Below are positions 13,436 to 25,590 of a stretch of DNA of 64,000 nucleotides, one piece after another (position 1 is the stretch's first letter; every line of letters starts with the position of its first letter). Both the position numbers and the translations under genes were made by a program. The notes beneath the pieces are model-generated. The model was not told the DNA's origin and did no database searches. It worked only from the letters and a program-made list of their open reading frames with translations. Origin of the DNA: Mytilus trossulus (lineage: Eukaryota); contig NC_086384.1 in NCBI RefSeq assembly GCF_036588685.1, positions 44,330,001 to 44,394,000 on the forward strand. Reading direction: 5' to 3'.

Positions 13436-13862
13436 TATTTTGTTTCTGTGTATTAATATGATCAACTGTTTATTGATGATCTTTGTTCTCAAATTTTGAG
13501 AAAATAACCAAAGTTCCTAATTTCTACGGTTGCAAAATATTAAAAAATTCTGACACATATGACATATTGATGTTTTATCCATTTGTTTTCTGTTACACGT
13601 ATTAACGATTTTCTCGCCCAAAATTTGTCATAGGATAAAGCAAATTTTTTAGTGTTTTCGACCTGCTAGCCACACATGTTTCTCGACCAAAATGTAAAGT
13701 GCAAAAAATTCATGTAAATAAAAGCTCCACCATGAGCGCACGAGACGCCCGTCACCAAAAGGAAAGATTTCACCTAATGAAGTTCCATAACTCCGTACAG
13801 TTTCATGATATCTGCAAAAAGCTTTTTTAAGTTATAATCCAAAATACTGTAAAACTTTCCCG

Positions 13863-14318
13863 TTTTTATGCCCCAACTACGATTGTAGTGGGGCATTATG
13901 TTTTCTTGTCTGTGCGTCTGTTCGTCCGTCCGTTCATTCGTTCGTCTGTCCCGCTTCAGGTAAAAGTGTTTGGTCAAGGTAGTTTTTGAGGAAGCTGCAG
14001 TCAAATCAACTTGAAACTGAATACACATGTGCCTTATTATATGATCTTTCTAGTTTTAAAGCCAAATTAAACTTTTGACCACAATTTCACGGTCCACTGA
14101 ACATAGAAAATGAAAGTGCGAATTTCAGGTTAAAGGTTTTGGTCAAGGTAGTTTTTGATGAAGTCCAATCGACTTGAAACTTAGTACACATTTTCCCTAT
14201 GATATAATCTTTCTAATTTTAATGCCAAATTAGAGATTTTCTCCCATTTCACGGTCCACTGAACATAGAAAATGATAGTGTTGATGGGGCATCCCTGTAC
14301 TGGGGACATATTCTTGTT
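13863..14318 (+). mobile_element. HINE-like element (atgcccca...ggggcat subterminal IR family)
   Basis: ttttatgccccaactacg...gtagtggggcatt hairpin, (GTCC/GTTC) microsatellite, about 168-bp internal repeat, ends ggggcatcc...cttgtt. A second copy lies at 52806-55593. Confidence 0.7.
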
Positions 14319-14586
14319 TAATGTTCAAAATTCCAACACTCAAATATATAAAAATCTGAAGGAAGCTAACATCAATAGATATAAACAATTTTTTTGTACT
14401 TAAAATTCATGAAAATTAGTGAAATCCTTTTTGAGTTTTGTTCGACATTAACGACGGACGGACAACGGTATACCATAACATGTCTCATAAATGGGTGACA
14501 GAAACCATCAAAAACACATTAGTTTGGTGATCTCGTTAAAAATCATACCTAGGCTAGGTGTCCATATGTATATTGACCGCTATAAA

Positions 14587-14670
14587 CAGATATAGGAAGA
14601 TGTGGTGTGAGTGCCAATGAGACAACTCTCCATCCAAATAACAATTTAAAAATTAAACCATTATAGGTTA
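14587..14670 (-). repeat. SINE-like 3' end (second near-identical copy at 33685-33810)
   Basis: agatataggaagatgtggtgtgagtgccaatgagacaactctccatccaaataacaatt occurs at both positions. Confidence 0.75.
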
Positions 14671-17246
14671 AAGATAAACAGTTCATTAACATACAAGTCA
14701 CCAAAAAGGAAATAAGCTATGATGAGGGTGCATATAACATCGAACAAACATTGGTGTAACTCTAAAAAAAAAATAGTTGAAATTTGCAAATATCAGCAGA
14801 GTCGTCAAGGAAACAAATCGACAAACAATAAACCCTTACCAACATTGACAAATACAAAAAATGATTCAACAAATATACAAAAATACTCTGCCAAAAAAAA
14901 GAAAGCCAAAATGTTTCTTCTTTTATGTGTACTTCACATCGATCATTCAAGGTATATTGAGCTAAAACTTCACACACTTATGTAATATATGCATGATTCA
15001 AAACAAAGATTAAAAAAAAAGAATACAATTTTGTCAAAACCATGCAGGTACCGGTAAAGGTCTACATTTGATGTAACCACTATGCGCAGCTAACATTGTT
15101 CAAATCTTCTTGGTATGGATCGAATCAAATTGTGTATTCGAATATGTGGTACTAGTATTATTTGAAAATTATTTTACAACGTTTAATTGAGTTGTTCCAT
15201 TGACTGAGGCGACTTGGTGTTGTTTGTTACGTATATCAAGTTTGTCCTAAGGATGTTCTATGGTATTGAAATCTAGCGACATTTAAGGAATACACTCATA
15301 CTAGATACCAGGATAAAAAAAAGATATTTGCGCAAGACAAAATTTTGCCAAATACAGTTAAGGTAATATAAACATGAGGTAGAAACCCTTTAGTATTTCA
15401 AAAGGTTCTAACAGTTAATTCATCATTACATCTATTACCATATTAATTATAATTCATGCCATCAAAAACGTGCTAAATCCAGGGTTACTTTTGGTTTATG
15501 GAGTCGGATATTGTCCTGACAGAAACATTCTTTCTGTCGACCAAAAATATTGAGTAAGTGTGGCTAAACAAATTCGTTTCTTTAAGTTTCTTCAGTTAAA
15601 TATCATTGGTTATTATCCGTAAACCTAGGATACCAACAAAAATTATAGGATCCTGGCATGGGACATGTACATAACGGATGTTGTGGGCTTAAACATGTGT
15701 GTGAGCGTGCAACAATCCCCAAACCCGAGAGAGATATAAACGCACAATATAAGGAATTAACTGTAATAATCTGTTGGAAACATAAAAAAAGCATTTGCTA
15801 TAAATCAAAAGAAACAAAGTATTAATAGAATTTATTTGCTTTCTCCCTCAATCTTGCTGAACATTTCAAATTCATGAGGAACAAAATATATCTTGTTGTT
15901 TCACTATAACAACTCATCAAAGGTGTATGGCTTTCAGTTTAAAATACTAGATGCGCGTTTAAGGTAGCACACTACAAATATTTTTCATCCCCAATCAGAC
16001 ATCTTTAAACGGATGTAGTTCCATTCATTCACCTGTAAATTTTATAAATGAGGTACCAAAAGAAAGAAGAATTTTTCAAATTGTGATAATTTCATTATGA
16101 CATAATTAATTGTTATGTAATAAGTTGCTATATTGTGATGTCCATACTTTAATGAATTAGGCTTCTTTCTTATTCTTTATTATTCATAGCATCCCAAAGT
16201 ATTTTATAGATTCTTGTACAACACAGTTTGACCTCCAAAACTGTGTTTCAGATTTTTCTTATTGTATTTCATTCTCCCTGAAATCTTCAATGAAGTGCAA
16301 CATCAATTCATAAGAGATCACTAAATTCAATTGGGTATAAAATTTGTTCTATGGGTGTTTTTGGAAATCTGAGACACGGTTTCATTCGTTTAGTCAGGAA
16401 AATGACATTTTTTAAGATAAAAAGGTTACTTTGTTTGTTTGTTATGTCAAAATTGTAATACCAAGAACAAAAAATGTACAGCAATGTAAAACAATACACG
16501 ACCATTTTTATGTGTATATTTTCATTCAGGACGTTTGTGAAAAAACTGTGACGTTTGACTCACCATTTTGTCTTAAAATTTCTAGTACCAAGTCATGAAA
16601 ATGGCGGCTGTTATCATGGTTATTATATAGTTCGTGTTTGGGTGTGTTGCATTGTCGTTTGTTTTTTGTCCACTTCAGTGTCTCTGTTGTTTTGATATTT
16701 TCTTCTTATTGTTTGTGTGTTTCCCGTGGATTTAGTTTGATACCGCCTACTGTTGCTTTTATTTGAACTTGTCTTGTTTGTTAGTTTGATGTTTGTCTCG
16801 TTGATAGTTACTAGCATGTAATCTTTTTCATAAATCATTCAGTGAAAGCTACTCCGGACTTGTTAAAAGGATTATCATGATTATATTTGTAGGTTCATTA
16901 CAAACATTATTGCAGCATTTTTGCTACGAGTTCAAGAAAAGTGTTGTACATCTGCTTTGATTTATCATTAGTTCATTTAGAAATTTTGTGTCTTGAACAA
17001 ATATGTTTTATCTTATATTTTATTTGTTTAAAAGTAAAGTAAATCACAACGTAAGGGAACATTTAACGAACAGTAACCGTGAATAGAATAGTGCACGGAA
17101 GGTTGTGAGACTAAATACTTTGGAAATAAAAGCCCATTGTCAAGTCAGGTTCTCCAAAAGGTTAAGCATCCATAGCTCACCATATATTGTACAGTAAGCT
17201 ATACAAGATTACTGCATGACATTTGGTTCATACAACACACAGGTTT

Positions 17247-17406
17247 AAAAGAGGGACGAAAGATACCAAAGGGACAAACTCATAAATCTAAAATAAACTG
17301 ACAACGCCATAGCTAAAAAATGAAAAAGACAAACAGACAGACAATAGTACACATGAGGCAACATAGAAAACTAAAGAATAAACAACACGAACTCCAACAA
17401 AAACTA
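17247..17406 (-). repeat. Abundant SINE-like repeat (other fragments at about 6957-7066, 41820-42292 and 48717-48960)
   Basis: Shared aagagggacgaaagataccaaagggaca...aacatagaaaactaaa...cacgaaccccaccaaaaa...ggtgctccg.aagggt...ctgctccacatgtg.cacccgtcgtgtt sequence. Confidence 0.7.
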
Positions 17407-17488
17407 TAAACTTTAATTTATGTACACTTATTTATATAGTGTATTTAAATATAACTCAGACAACAAAAATATCGATCTATCAGGTGAC

Positions 17489-17522
17489 ACGGAAGTTTAA
17501 AGTCTACGTTTTTAAAATGGCG
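17489..17522 (+). promoter_or_regulatory. ETS (CGGAAGT) and YY1-like (AAAATGGCG) motifs at the TRIM start
   Basis: Motifs directly upstream of and overlapping the ATG. Motif match only. Confidence 0.3.
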
Positions 17523-19445
17523 ACTACAAAGGACAGCACTGATAATTTTGAGGATTTATTGACTTGTACCATTTGTTTAGAGACATTTACAGAACCCAAA
17601 TATTTACCTTGTCTCCATACATTCTGTCAGACATGCATAAACACTTACATTCTGTCTACCGTGGACAAGGGGAAAACTGAAACAACTTTTAAGTGTCCGA
17701 TTTGTCGACAGGATGTTTTGATGGAAGAGTCACCAGGTAACACAGAGACCTGGGCTAAAAAATTACCAGGAAATCATTTTGTTGCTTCAATGATGGATAG
17801 ACACGAAATAAGAAAAAGGGAAAAAATGTGTGATTCATGTAAGGTGAATAATAAATCTAAAAAAGCGAGGTCTTTGTGCACAGTATGTGATGAGGCATTT
17901 TGCAGTTCTTGCGAAACATACCACAAATCATTTAAAATTTCTGCAAAACACCCGATTATATCTCTAGAGGACGTTGGAACTAATAAAGAAACAGTGATTG
18001 TTTCTTCGTTGATATTTTCTGAAGAACATTCAGGGGAGATCATCAAGGCCTACTGTGTTGACCATTCTAAACCAATATGTACATTATGTGCCACTTTATC
18101 GCACAGGAAATGTGATGACGTAACCACAATCGAGAAGGCAGTTTCAGGCATAAAAAAATCCCAGAAATCGATGGAAATGTCTACAGAACTTAGAGATACG
18201 AGTAAACAGCTGTCCGATTTAATACAAAACAGAAAAACCCATTTGACAGATTTCGAAAGTGAAGTTGGCGCTATTCTAACAAAGGTCAGTACCATGAAGG
18301 ATAACATTATCGAGCATCTGAACAAAATTGAAGGACAAATCAAGGACGAAATAATCAAATCGAAGAAAGAAACAGTCCTGAAACTTTCCGAAGAGTCAAC
18401 AGATCTTGAAAGTCTGAAGAGTACGGTTGATAACTGGATTGCTATATATGATACTTGTTTACATCATGGATCCGAACTGCAATATTTACTGGAAATTAAT
18501 AGAATTAGCGAAAATAAGGAAAAATTTGGTGATGCATTTATCAAAAGTATGAGCAAAATAAAGAATATTTCGATGCATTTAGAAGCTAATGATATAGCAG
18601 AAAATTTTGCAAAACGAGTTCCAGTTATGGGACAGATTAAACTAGTTGAAACCGACACAAGTTGTCCGAAACTGTCGCTGGACAAAACAATAAACTTTCA
18701 CAATGGAAATATCAATGTTATAAAATGTATTGACTTAAACGCAAATTCTGTATTTCTGAGTGGTCTTTTTATGAAAGATGAATTTATCTTTACAAACAGT
18801 CAGTCATATGAAGTATTGAAATTTAGTCACAACGGAGACATTCTCGCAAAACTTAAGCTATCAGACGAACCATGTGATATAGATCTAATAAATGGCACGA
18901 AAGCTGCAGTTTCAAGTAGTTCGAAAACAATATATATTATCAACACGCAGGATATGACGCTGTGTCATATCGTGGCTACCACATATCCAGTTCATGGATT
19001 CTGTCATGTAAACGGGGAATTTATTCTTGCAAGTTGCTCAACTTTGACATGGATTAATGCAACCACTGGCGTCCAAACTGATCAGGCGTCAACAATCGGG
19101 GACAGCTTTCTTCTATATGCTAAAAACAGGAGTGATTACATTTGTGGTGATGGATCAAATACGGTGTCTAGAACAGTAAATAATACAAAAGTGTTTTCTT
19201 ACACAAATGAGAAACTTTCACACGCAAGAGGTATATACGTAGACTACGACGAAAATTTTTATATTTGTGCATACAATTCAGGAAACATACATCAAATAAC
19301 AAAAGATGGTAAGCTGATAAGAATTATTCCAGCTGAAAGTATTGGAATAAAACAACCGTGGGTTATACGTTTCAAGAAAAATAGCAACCAATTCTTTGTC
19401 ACTTGCTATCAAACGGGAAAAGTTGTCGTGTGCGAAATAATTTGA
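17517..19445 (+). CDS. TRIM-family E3 ubiquitin ligase (RING, B-box1, B-box2, coiled coil, NHL-like beta-propeller; TRIM2/3/56/71-like), 642 aa, intronless CDS
   Basis: RING CTIC..LPCLHTFCQTC..CPICR; B-box1 CDSC..CTVC..CSSC..H..H; B-box2 H..YCVDH..ICTLC..H; helical region; C-terminal repeats such as ARGIYVDYDENFYICAYNSGNIHQITKDG. The ATG at 17517 has an aaaATGG context and is preferred over the GTG at 17439. Confidence 0.9.
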   Translation: MATTKDSTDNFEDLLTCTICLETFTEPKYLPCLHTFCQTCINTYILSTVDKGKTETTFKCPICRQDVLMEESPGNTETWAKKLPGNHFVASMMDRHEIRKREKMCDSCKVNNKSKKARSLCTVCDEAFCSSCETYHKSFKISAKHPIISLEDVGTNKETVIVSSLIFSEEHSGEIIKAYCVDHSKPICTLCATLSHRKCDDVTTIEKAVSGIKKSQKSMEMSTELRDTSKQLSDLIQNRKTHLTDFESEVGAILTKVSTMKDNIIEHLNKIEGQIKDEIIKSKKETVLKLSEESTDLESLKSTVDNWIAIYDTCLHHGSELQYLLEINRISENKEKFGDAFIKSMSKIKNISMHLEANDIAENFAKRVPVMGQIKLVETDTSCPKLSLDKTINFHNGNINVIKCIDLNANSVFLSGLFMKDEFIFTNSQSYEVLKFSHNGDILAKLKLSDEPCDIDLINGTKAAVSSSSKTIYIINTQDMTLCHIVATTYPVHGFCHVNGEFILASCSTLTWINATTGVQTDQASTIGDSFLLYAKNRSDYICGDGSNTVSRTVNNTKVFSYTNEKLSHARGIYVDYDENFYICAYNSGNIHQITKDGKLIRIIPAESIGIKQPWVIRFKKNSNQFFVTCYQTGKVVVCEII

Positions 19446-20249
19446 AATTTTAGTATTGTATTTTTATCTCTCATTATTCGAATGAAGAAGTATCGTGCAA
19501 TGTTTTTATTTTATTTTGAAAAAATAAGTAAGTTAGCAAATAAGTGAATAGCTATTTACAAATGTAACAGAATGTAATTAAGACAGGTATTTTGTACATC
19601 TCTCCGAACACATTTGTATGTGACTAATTTCCTAAGAAATGATTTATTTAATAAGAAATTGTTCATTAGCTCATATTGGTAAATGATAACGCTATTGGTT
19701 ATGCATGAGCCGGAAGTATTCTAAAAATAAAGCAATATAGTTTGGAATATTTTCTCGTTTGACTTATTTTATTTAAATACATTGGGTCATAACGGGTCTT
19801 TTGTAGAGTATATGGGTTTTTTGCTCATTGTTGGTGATCATAAAGTGACCTGTCATAAATGCTTTGGTTTATATCATTTGGTGTCTGGTAGACATTGATT
19901 CTCATTGGAAGTCATGCCAGATCTTTTGTTTACATGTATAACAGATGAAAAAAGGACTCAGAGTGAAAATATAAATCAAATTTGTACTCGCTACGAAACA
20001 GGAGAAAAGCTCGGTGAGTCTCGCTTGTCGTCTTGCTTCAAAAGCTTATACAAATAATTTTTACATTTTTTGACAATGAACATATTATGTATATGTACAT
20101 CAAATACAGATCGCGATTGTATTCCTTCTATTATGAATTACAATATACGTTGAACCACAAAAGTCAAAATTTTTCAATCGCGTAGTGGAATCAACTATTT
20201 GTAGATAACTTTTGGACAAGTTTAAATCTCGGTCTTTTTCTGCAATTTA

Positions 20250-20899
20250 TTCTTACATACTTATGATTTTTTTAACCCTGTATGCTAACATTGCCAATGT
20301 TAATTTTAAAACTGTTTGAATGCTCATTGAACGACAAATCTATTTGACGTATAAAATTTTCTGACGTCAGACTCAAAAATCAATGTATGTGTTTGTAGTT
20401 AGATGTTTTTGTGTTTTGTTAAATTGTTCCTTTTAAAATTGTTATACGATGATGACTGATGTACCATATGTTGACAATTTTATTTATTGTGTCTGTTTAG
20501 TTAACGCATCAATGTAAATATAACGGAATTTGATGAGACTGTCATCAAAGAGAGAGAGGGTTAGTGCTTTAAAACAAGGTTCAATCCACCATTTTCTACA
20601 TTTGAAAATGTCTGTACCAAGTCAGGAATATGACAGTTCTTGTCCATTCGTTTTTGATATATTTTGTTATTTGATTTTGCCATGTGATTATGGACTTTCC
20701 TAATTGATTTTCCTCTGAGTTCAGTATTTTTGTGATTTTACTTTTTTCTACATTTGAAAATGCCTGTATCAAGTCAGGAATGTGACAGTTCTTGTCCATT
20801 CGTTTTTTATGCGTTTTATTTTTTGATTTTCGAATGTGATTATGAACTTTCCGAATTGATTTTCCTCTAAGTTCAGTATTCTTGTGATTTTACTTTTTT
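20250..20899 (+). repeat. Abundant 'tgtaccaagtcagg' repeat with a tandemly duplicated ~151-bp tail
   Basis: 20596-20746 is repeated at 20747-20899. Related fragments lie near 170, 16585, 23150 and, reversed, at 28500. Confidence 0.7.
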
Positions 20900-22174
20900 G
20901 TAACAATATTTTTAATTGCTACAAAAATATCAAGCTTATATATACTATTTGACACCAGTGGATAAACTTGAATTAATTTTTTCACAAATAACTGTGAATA
21001 ATTCTTGCTGTACTTCAACTTTCTCGGTGTGAAAGACAAGTAAACACAATGTCTTTAACCTGATCTAATTAATATTGATTATAAACCATACATTCAACTA
21101 CAAAAAGAACTTTATAGATGTACATTGTGAAGTTATTAATGACCTTGGTGTTTTTTTTAATGTAAAAAGATTCGAATACTAGTAAGCAGCCGTTTTTTTC
21201 AAAGAATAGTATCAGATTATTGCATTGCATTTGTTATATCTCATGTATTATCAGCCCTTGGTTCAATATCAGCCCAAGAACCGCATGGCTCGAGGGCTGG
21301 TATTGTCAGAGGGCTGAGAATACATGCGATATGAAAAATGCCATGCGATAACGCTACGGAAAGGCATGTGATAATTTTCAAAGCATGTGATAAACTTTTC
21401 ATATCAACCCGCTTAGCACCAATTCGAATATGGAATTTACTTTAATTTTGTGCTGTTATGATACGATAAAAATCATATGTGATTTAGTCTAAGTATAATT
21501 TAATTTATTTTTCATTGTTTTTCTAATATTTCAATACTTATTTGTATTCCGAACCTGATTATGATATAGTTGTCGGGAAATTGTCCCTCCTCACAAATGT
21601 ATGTTGAACTTTTAACTGAAAAATAAACTAATAGATATCACAATACTGAAAACTGACCTGATTGTTTTAACTCATATTTGTTATATACAACTACAACCAC
21701 TGGAGAACTTTATTTCGTAGTTTGTAAAACTGCTTGACCCTTCAAATAATCTTACGGTAAACACACAGAGGTATTGTGTGAGTGTCTATTAATCAGAAAG
21801 GTGTTTTACTTTTAATTTTTGTAGTTAGTTTACATCTTTATTTTAGGTTATCTTATTCTTACATAAAAGCAACAAATTAAAATTGCAAATAATTTTAATT
21901 GCTAAAACAAATCAAACTGATATATTGTTTGACACTAGTGGATGAACGTGAATTATTTATTTCACAAATGTTAAAGGACTGTGAATAAACCCTGCTGTAC
22001 ATAAGATTACCCGTTGGAAGACAAGTATAAAATGCCTTTAACCCATTGTAATCAATATTCATTATAAACCGTACATTCAACTACACAACTTACCTCATAG
22101 ATGTCGAAAAGTACATTATGAAGGTGATACCTTGATTTATTATTTTAAAAATACAAGGCAGCCGTTATTCACAA

Positions 22175-22930
22175 AACTTTTTGTTATACTAAGGCTTATC
22201 TCAGCATAGATCTCCTTAGCCGTATTTGGCACCACTTTTTGGAATTAAATCCTAATTGCTCTTCTACTTTGTACGTGTTTGGCTTTATAACTATTTTGAT
22301 ATGAGCGTCACTGATGAGTCTTATGTAGACGAAACGCGCGTCTGGCGTACTAAATTATAATCCTGGTACCTTTTATAACTATTTACACCACTGGGTCGTA
22401 CCACTGCTGGTGGATGTTTCGTCCCCCACGGTATCACCAGCCCAGTAGTCAACACTTCAGTGTTGACATGAATATCAATAATGTGGTCATTTTTACAAAT
22501 TTTCTGTTAACAAAACGTTTAATTTTTCAAAAAAACAAAGGATTTTTCTATCCCAAGCATAGATTTCCTTACCCGTATTTGATACAACATTTTGGGTTTT
22601 TGGATACTCAATGCTCGTCTACTTTGTACTTGTTTGGCTTTATAACTATTTTGATATGCACGTCACTGATGAGTCTAGTGTAGGCGAAACGCACATCGGC
22701 GTATAAAATCATTATCCTGTTACCTTTGATAACTATTATCTTCCTTAGGAATAGATTTTTTTAGGAAAACTTTTAGGAATTTTGGTCCTCAATGCTCTTC
22801 AACTTCGTACTTTTTTCGGCCTTTTAAACCTTTTTTGGATTCAAGTCACTGATGAGCCTTTTGTAGACTAAACACACGCCTGGCGTAATTCACATACAAA
22901 ATTTAATCCTGGTATCTATGATGAGTTTGT
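22175..22930 (+). mobile_element. Non-LTR retrozyme tandem array (about 355-nt monomer, 3 hammerhead motifs)
   Basis: CTGATGA cores at 22311, 22666 (355 bp apart) and 22849 within repeated units. The second and third cores are degenerate (stem III mismatch; GAAA changed to TAAA). Confidence 0.8.
22305..22348 (+). ncRNA. Minimal type I hammerhead ribozyme, structurally intact
   Basis: Stem I GCGTCA/TGGCGT; core CTGATGA (22311-17); stem II GTCT-tatgt-AGAC; GAAA; two-pair stem III with GCGC loop (ACGCGCGT is palindromic); GTC cleavage triplet, predicted cut after 22342. Confidence 0.85.
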
Positions 22931-24381
22931 TTTCAATGAACAGTATATTTATCTCTTATTGTTTTAACATACCTTTTGATGGCTATTATTCGTTTGTTTC
23001 TCTTTCCTATATTTTCTCCTATTTATCTGTTTATTTATTGTAACCCTGTCGTGTAATGTTGTCATTGAAATGTTATAATTAACACTGCCATTAAAGCGGG
23101 AGGTTAGGCATACCACAAAACCACGTTCAACCAACCAATCATAAAATGCCCTGTACCAAGTCAGGAAAATGGCCATTGTTATATTATAGTTCGTTTCTGT
23201 GTGTGTTACGTTTCGGTGTTGTGTCTCTGTTGTGTCATAGTTCTCTTATTTTTGATACATTTCCCTCAGTTTTAGTTTATAACCCGGATATGTTTTTCTC
23301 TATCGATTTATGAATTTTGAATAGCGGTATACTAATGTTGCCTTAAATTAATGCTTACGTGTATTTCGAGCTTGTTTGTCATATAGTTATCGGGATTTGT
23401 TCCAACTCACAGAGATATTTTGGCCCTCTGATCTTTATCCTAAAAAGGGCAAATATATATATAAAAAAACTGAATACTGACCGGATTGATTTTGTCTCAT
23501 ATTCGTTATACTTCCACAACCACTGACGAATTTTATTTCGATGTTTGTAAAACTTTTTGGCCCTTCAAATACTAATAATCTCAGGATAAACAAACCGCGG
23601 TATTGAGAGGTTGTCAATTTAAGAACAATCCATAATTCTGTTGATTTTTTTAGCTGATTTACAATTTTTTTCGAGGAAGTGCTAATAAGGTCTTCTGATT
23701 CTTACATAAAAACACATCTTAAATTGCATATCAGGAAACATGGTTATTATAGTGTGTTTTGTTACTAACACAGCTCTTCCTCATTTTTAGAAAAAAAGCA
23801 TCATTTGTTTAAAGTGTTTCTTACGATAAAAAAAAAGTATTGACAGCGTGTTATAACACATCACATATAACTATGTACAAAATGATCGCCCCCTTAAAAT
23901 TTAAAACAAATATTGACCGACTTCATATCAATAATTTCAACCCGAAAATGACCAATGACGAGAGACAGTATAAATGCAAATACCGAACTTCAAGGCAATT
24001 TGAAGAAAGAGAAGTCTAGAAAACCGACAAACGATAAATGACGTCCAAGGTATAGATAAGCAAATCGAAGAAAGAGGGAGTCCTGAACTTTCCGAAAATT
24101 CAACAGATCATGAAAGTATGATGAGTACGATTGGTTACCTAATTGCTATACACGAACCTTGCTTACATAATGGATTCGACCGGCAGTGTTTGCTGAAAAT
24201 TAAAAGAATTAACGATATAAAACAAAATGTTGGGGATGCATTTTTCAAAAGTATGAGCGAAATTGAGAATATTTACATGCGTTTAGAGACTTATTATATA
24301 GGTAAAAAGTTTGAAAAACGAGTCACAATTATAGGAGAGGTAAAACTAGGTGAAACCAACACAAGTTATTCGAAACCTTAA

Positions 24382-24655
24382 ATAGGGAAAACCATTAACA
24401 TTTACACTCAGTCTGTTAATATCACGATAGGAAAAACCATTAACTTTCATACTGGTAATATCACGATAGGAAAAACCATTAACTTTCACACTGGTAATAT
24501 CACTATATGAAAAACCATTAACGTTCACATTGGTAATATCACGATAGGAAAAACATTAACTTTTACACTGGTAATATCACGATAAAAAAGCCATTAACTT
24601 TCACACTGGTAATATCACAATAGGAAAAAGCATTAATTTTCACACTGGTAATATC
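24382..24655 (+). repeat. 39-bp minisatellite, about 7 copies, derived from TRIM coding sequence
   Basis: Unit ACGATAGGAAAAACCATTAACTTTCACACTGGTAATATC starts at 24424, 24463, 24502, 24541, 24579 and 24617, plus a degenerate first copy. It is single-copy in the intact gene (18675-18713, LDKTINFHNGNI). Confidence 0.9.
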
Positions 24656-24803
24656 AATGTAATAAATAGTATGGACTTAAATCGAAAGGTTTTCTATCTA
24701 AATGGTCTTTTTATGATTGATGTTCTTATTTTCACGACCGGCGAGTTATTGAAAGTCCTAAAATACAGCCACACCGGGGACTGTATCAGTGAAAAGATAT
24801 ATA

Positions 24804-25590
24804 TACTAGCCAACAAAAGAAACGATACATGACTTTGAAATAAAATTTATCAAAAACTATTTAATATGAAACAAAATGAGATACAAAATTCTAAAGAGCT
24901 TTCATTTGCAAAGTATCTACATTCCGTGTAAATGATCAAAGGGTGCAAATTAGTTTTGCGGAAAGTTGAAAAAAATCGACACATAATTTCTTAAGCACAA
25001 AATTAAATTTCGAATGTGTTTAAAAAATATTCAATATGATAATCCAGTTATGTTCATGATGTAACTAATGGGTTGAAATATTGATTTTTCAAATTTTAGG
25101 GAAAAAAGTGTTTTTTGAAATCTCAAAAAATGCAAAAAAATTTTTTTTTATTTTCGTCTTAAATCAATGCTTTAGATATGAAAACAACACACACAAAATT
25201 TGGAAATTTCGGATTAGTTTTAAGATTTCTACCACTTTTTGAATATCACTTTACACATACTGTCTGTGGTAAATCAGTTGAAAATGTATACATTTTAACG
25301 ATTTCTCGTCGGACCGAACTTTGCTTAACAGATAAACAAAGAAACTGTAGGATTTTTAAAAACAACTTGATGGCAAACACTGTCTTTACCTCTAAATGAG
25401 AGGTTGGCATCATTAGTTGGAACTTCTGTTTGTAAAATTGTCGTTTTATGTAAATTTTGTAAAAAAAAAAAATTACGGATTTATATTTCCATAATAATTA
25501 AGTTTTACTACCTTCAATATTGGTCTAATGAACGGAAAACTTTATCTTTAATTCGAATAAAGTCTTGTATCGTTCTCCTGTTGACTAGTA
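24804..25590. mobile_element. Non-autonomous Tc1/mariner-type TIR element inside the TRIM pseudogene
   Basis: TIRs TACTAGCCAACAAAAGAAACGATAC and GTATCGTTCTCCTGTTGACTAGTA, TA on both sides, TRIM homology on both flanks. Confidence 0.75.

Noticed and set aside
17439-17516. N-terminal extension of TRIM from a GTG start
   Set aside because: Non-ATG start; the ATG at 17517 has good context and sits just before the RING.
17774-18685. Antisense ORFs within TRIM (also 11121-11351, 29924-30223 and 30749-31036 within yellow copies)
   Set aside because: Shadow ORFs of real coding sequence; the similarity between the yellow antisense ORFs merely mirrors sense-strand paralogy.
24382-24655. CRISPR-like array of ~39-bp repeats
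   Set aside because: Units are head-to-tail with no unique spacers, there are no cas genes, the context is eukaryotic, and the unit derives from TRIM coding sequence.
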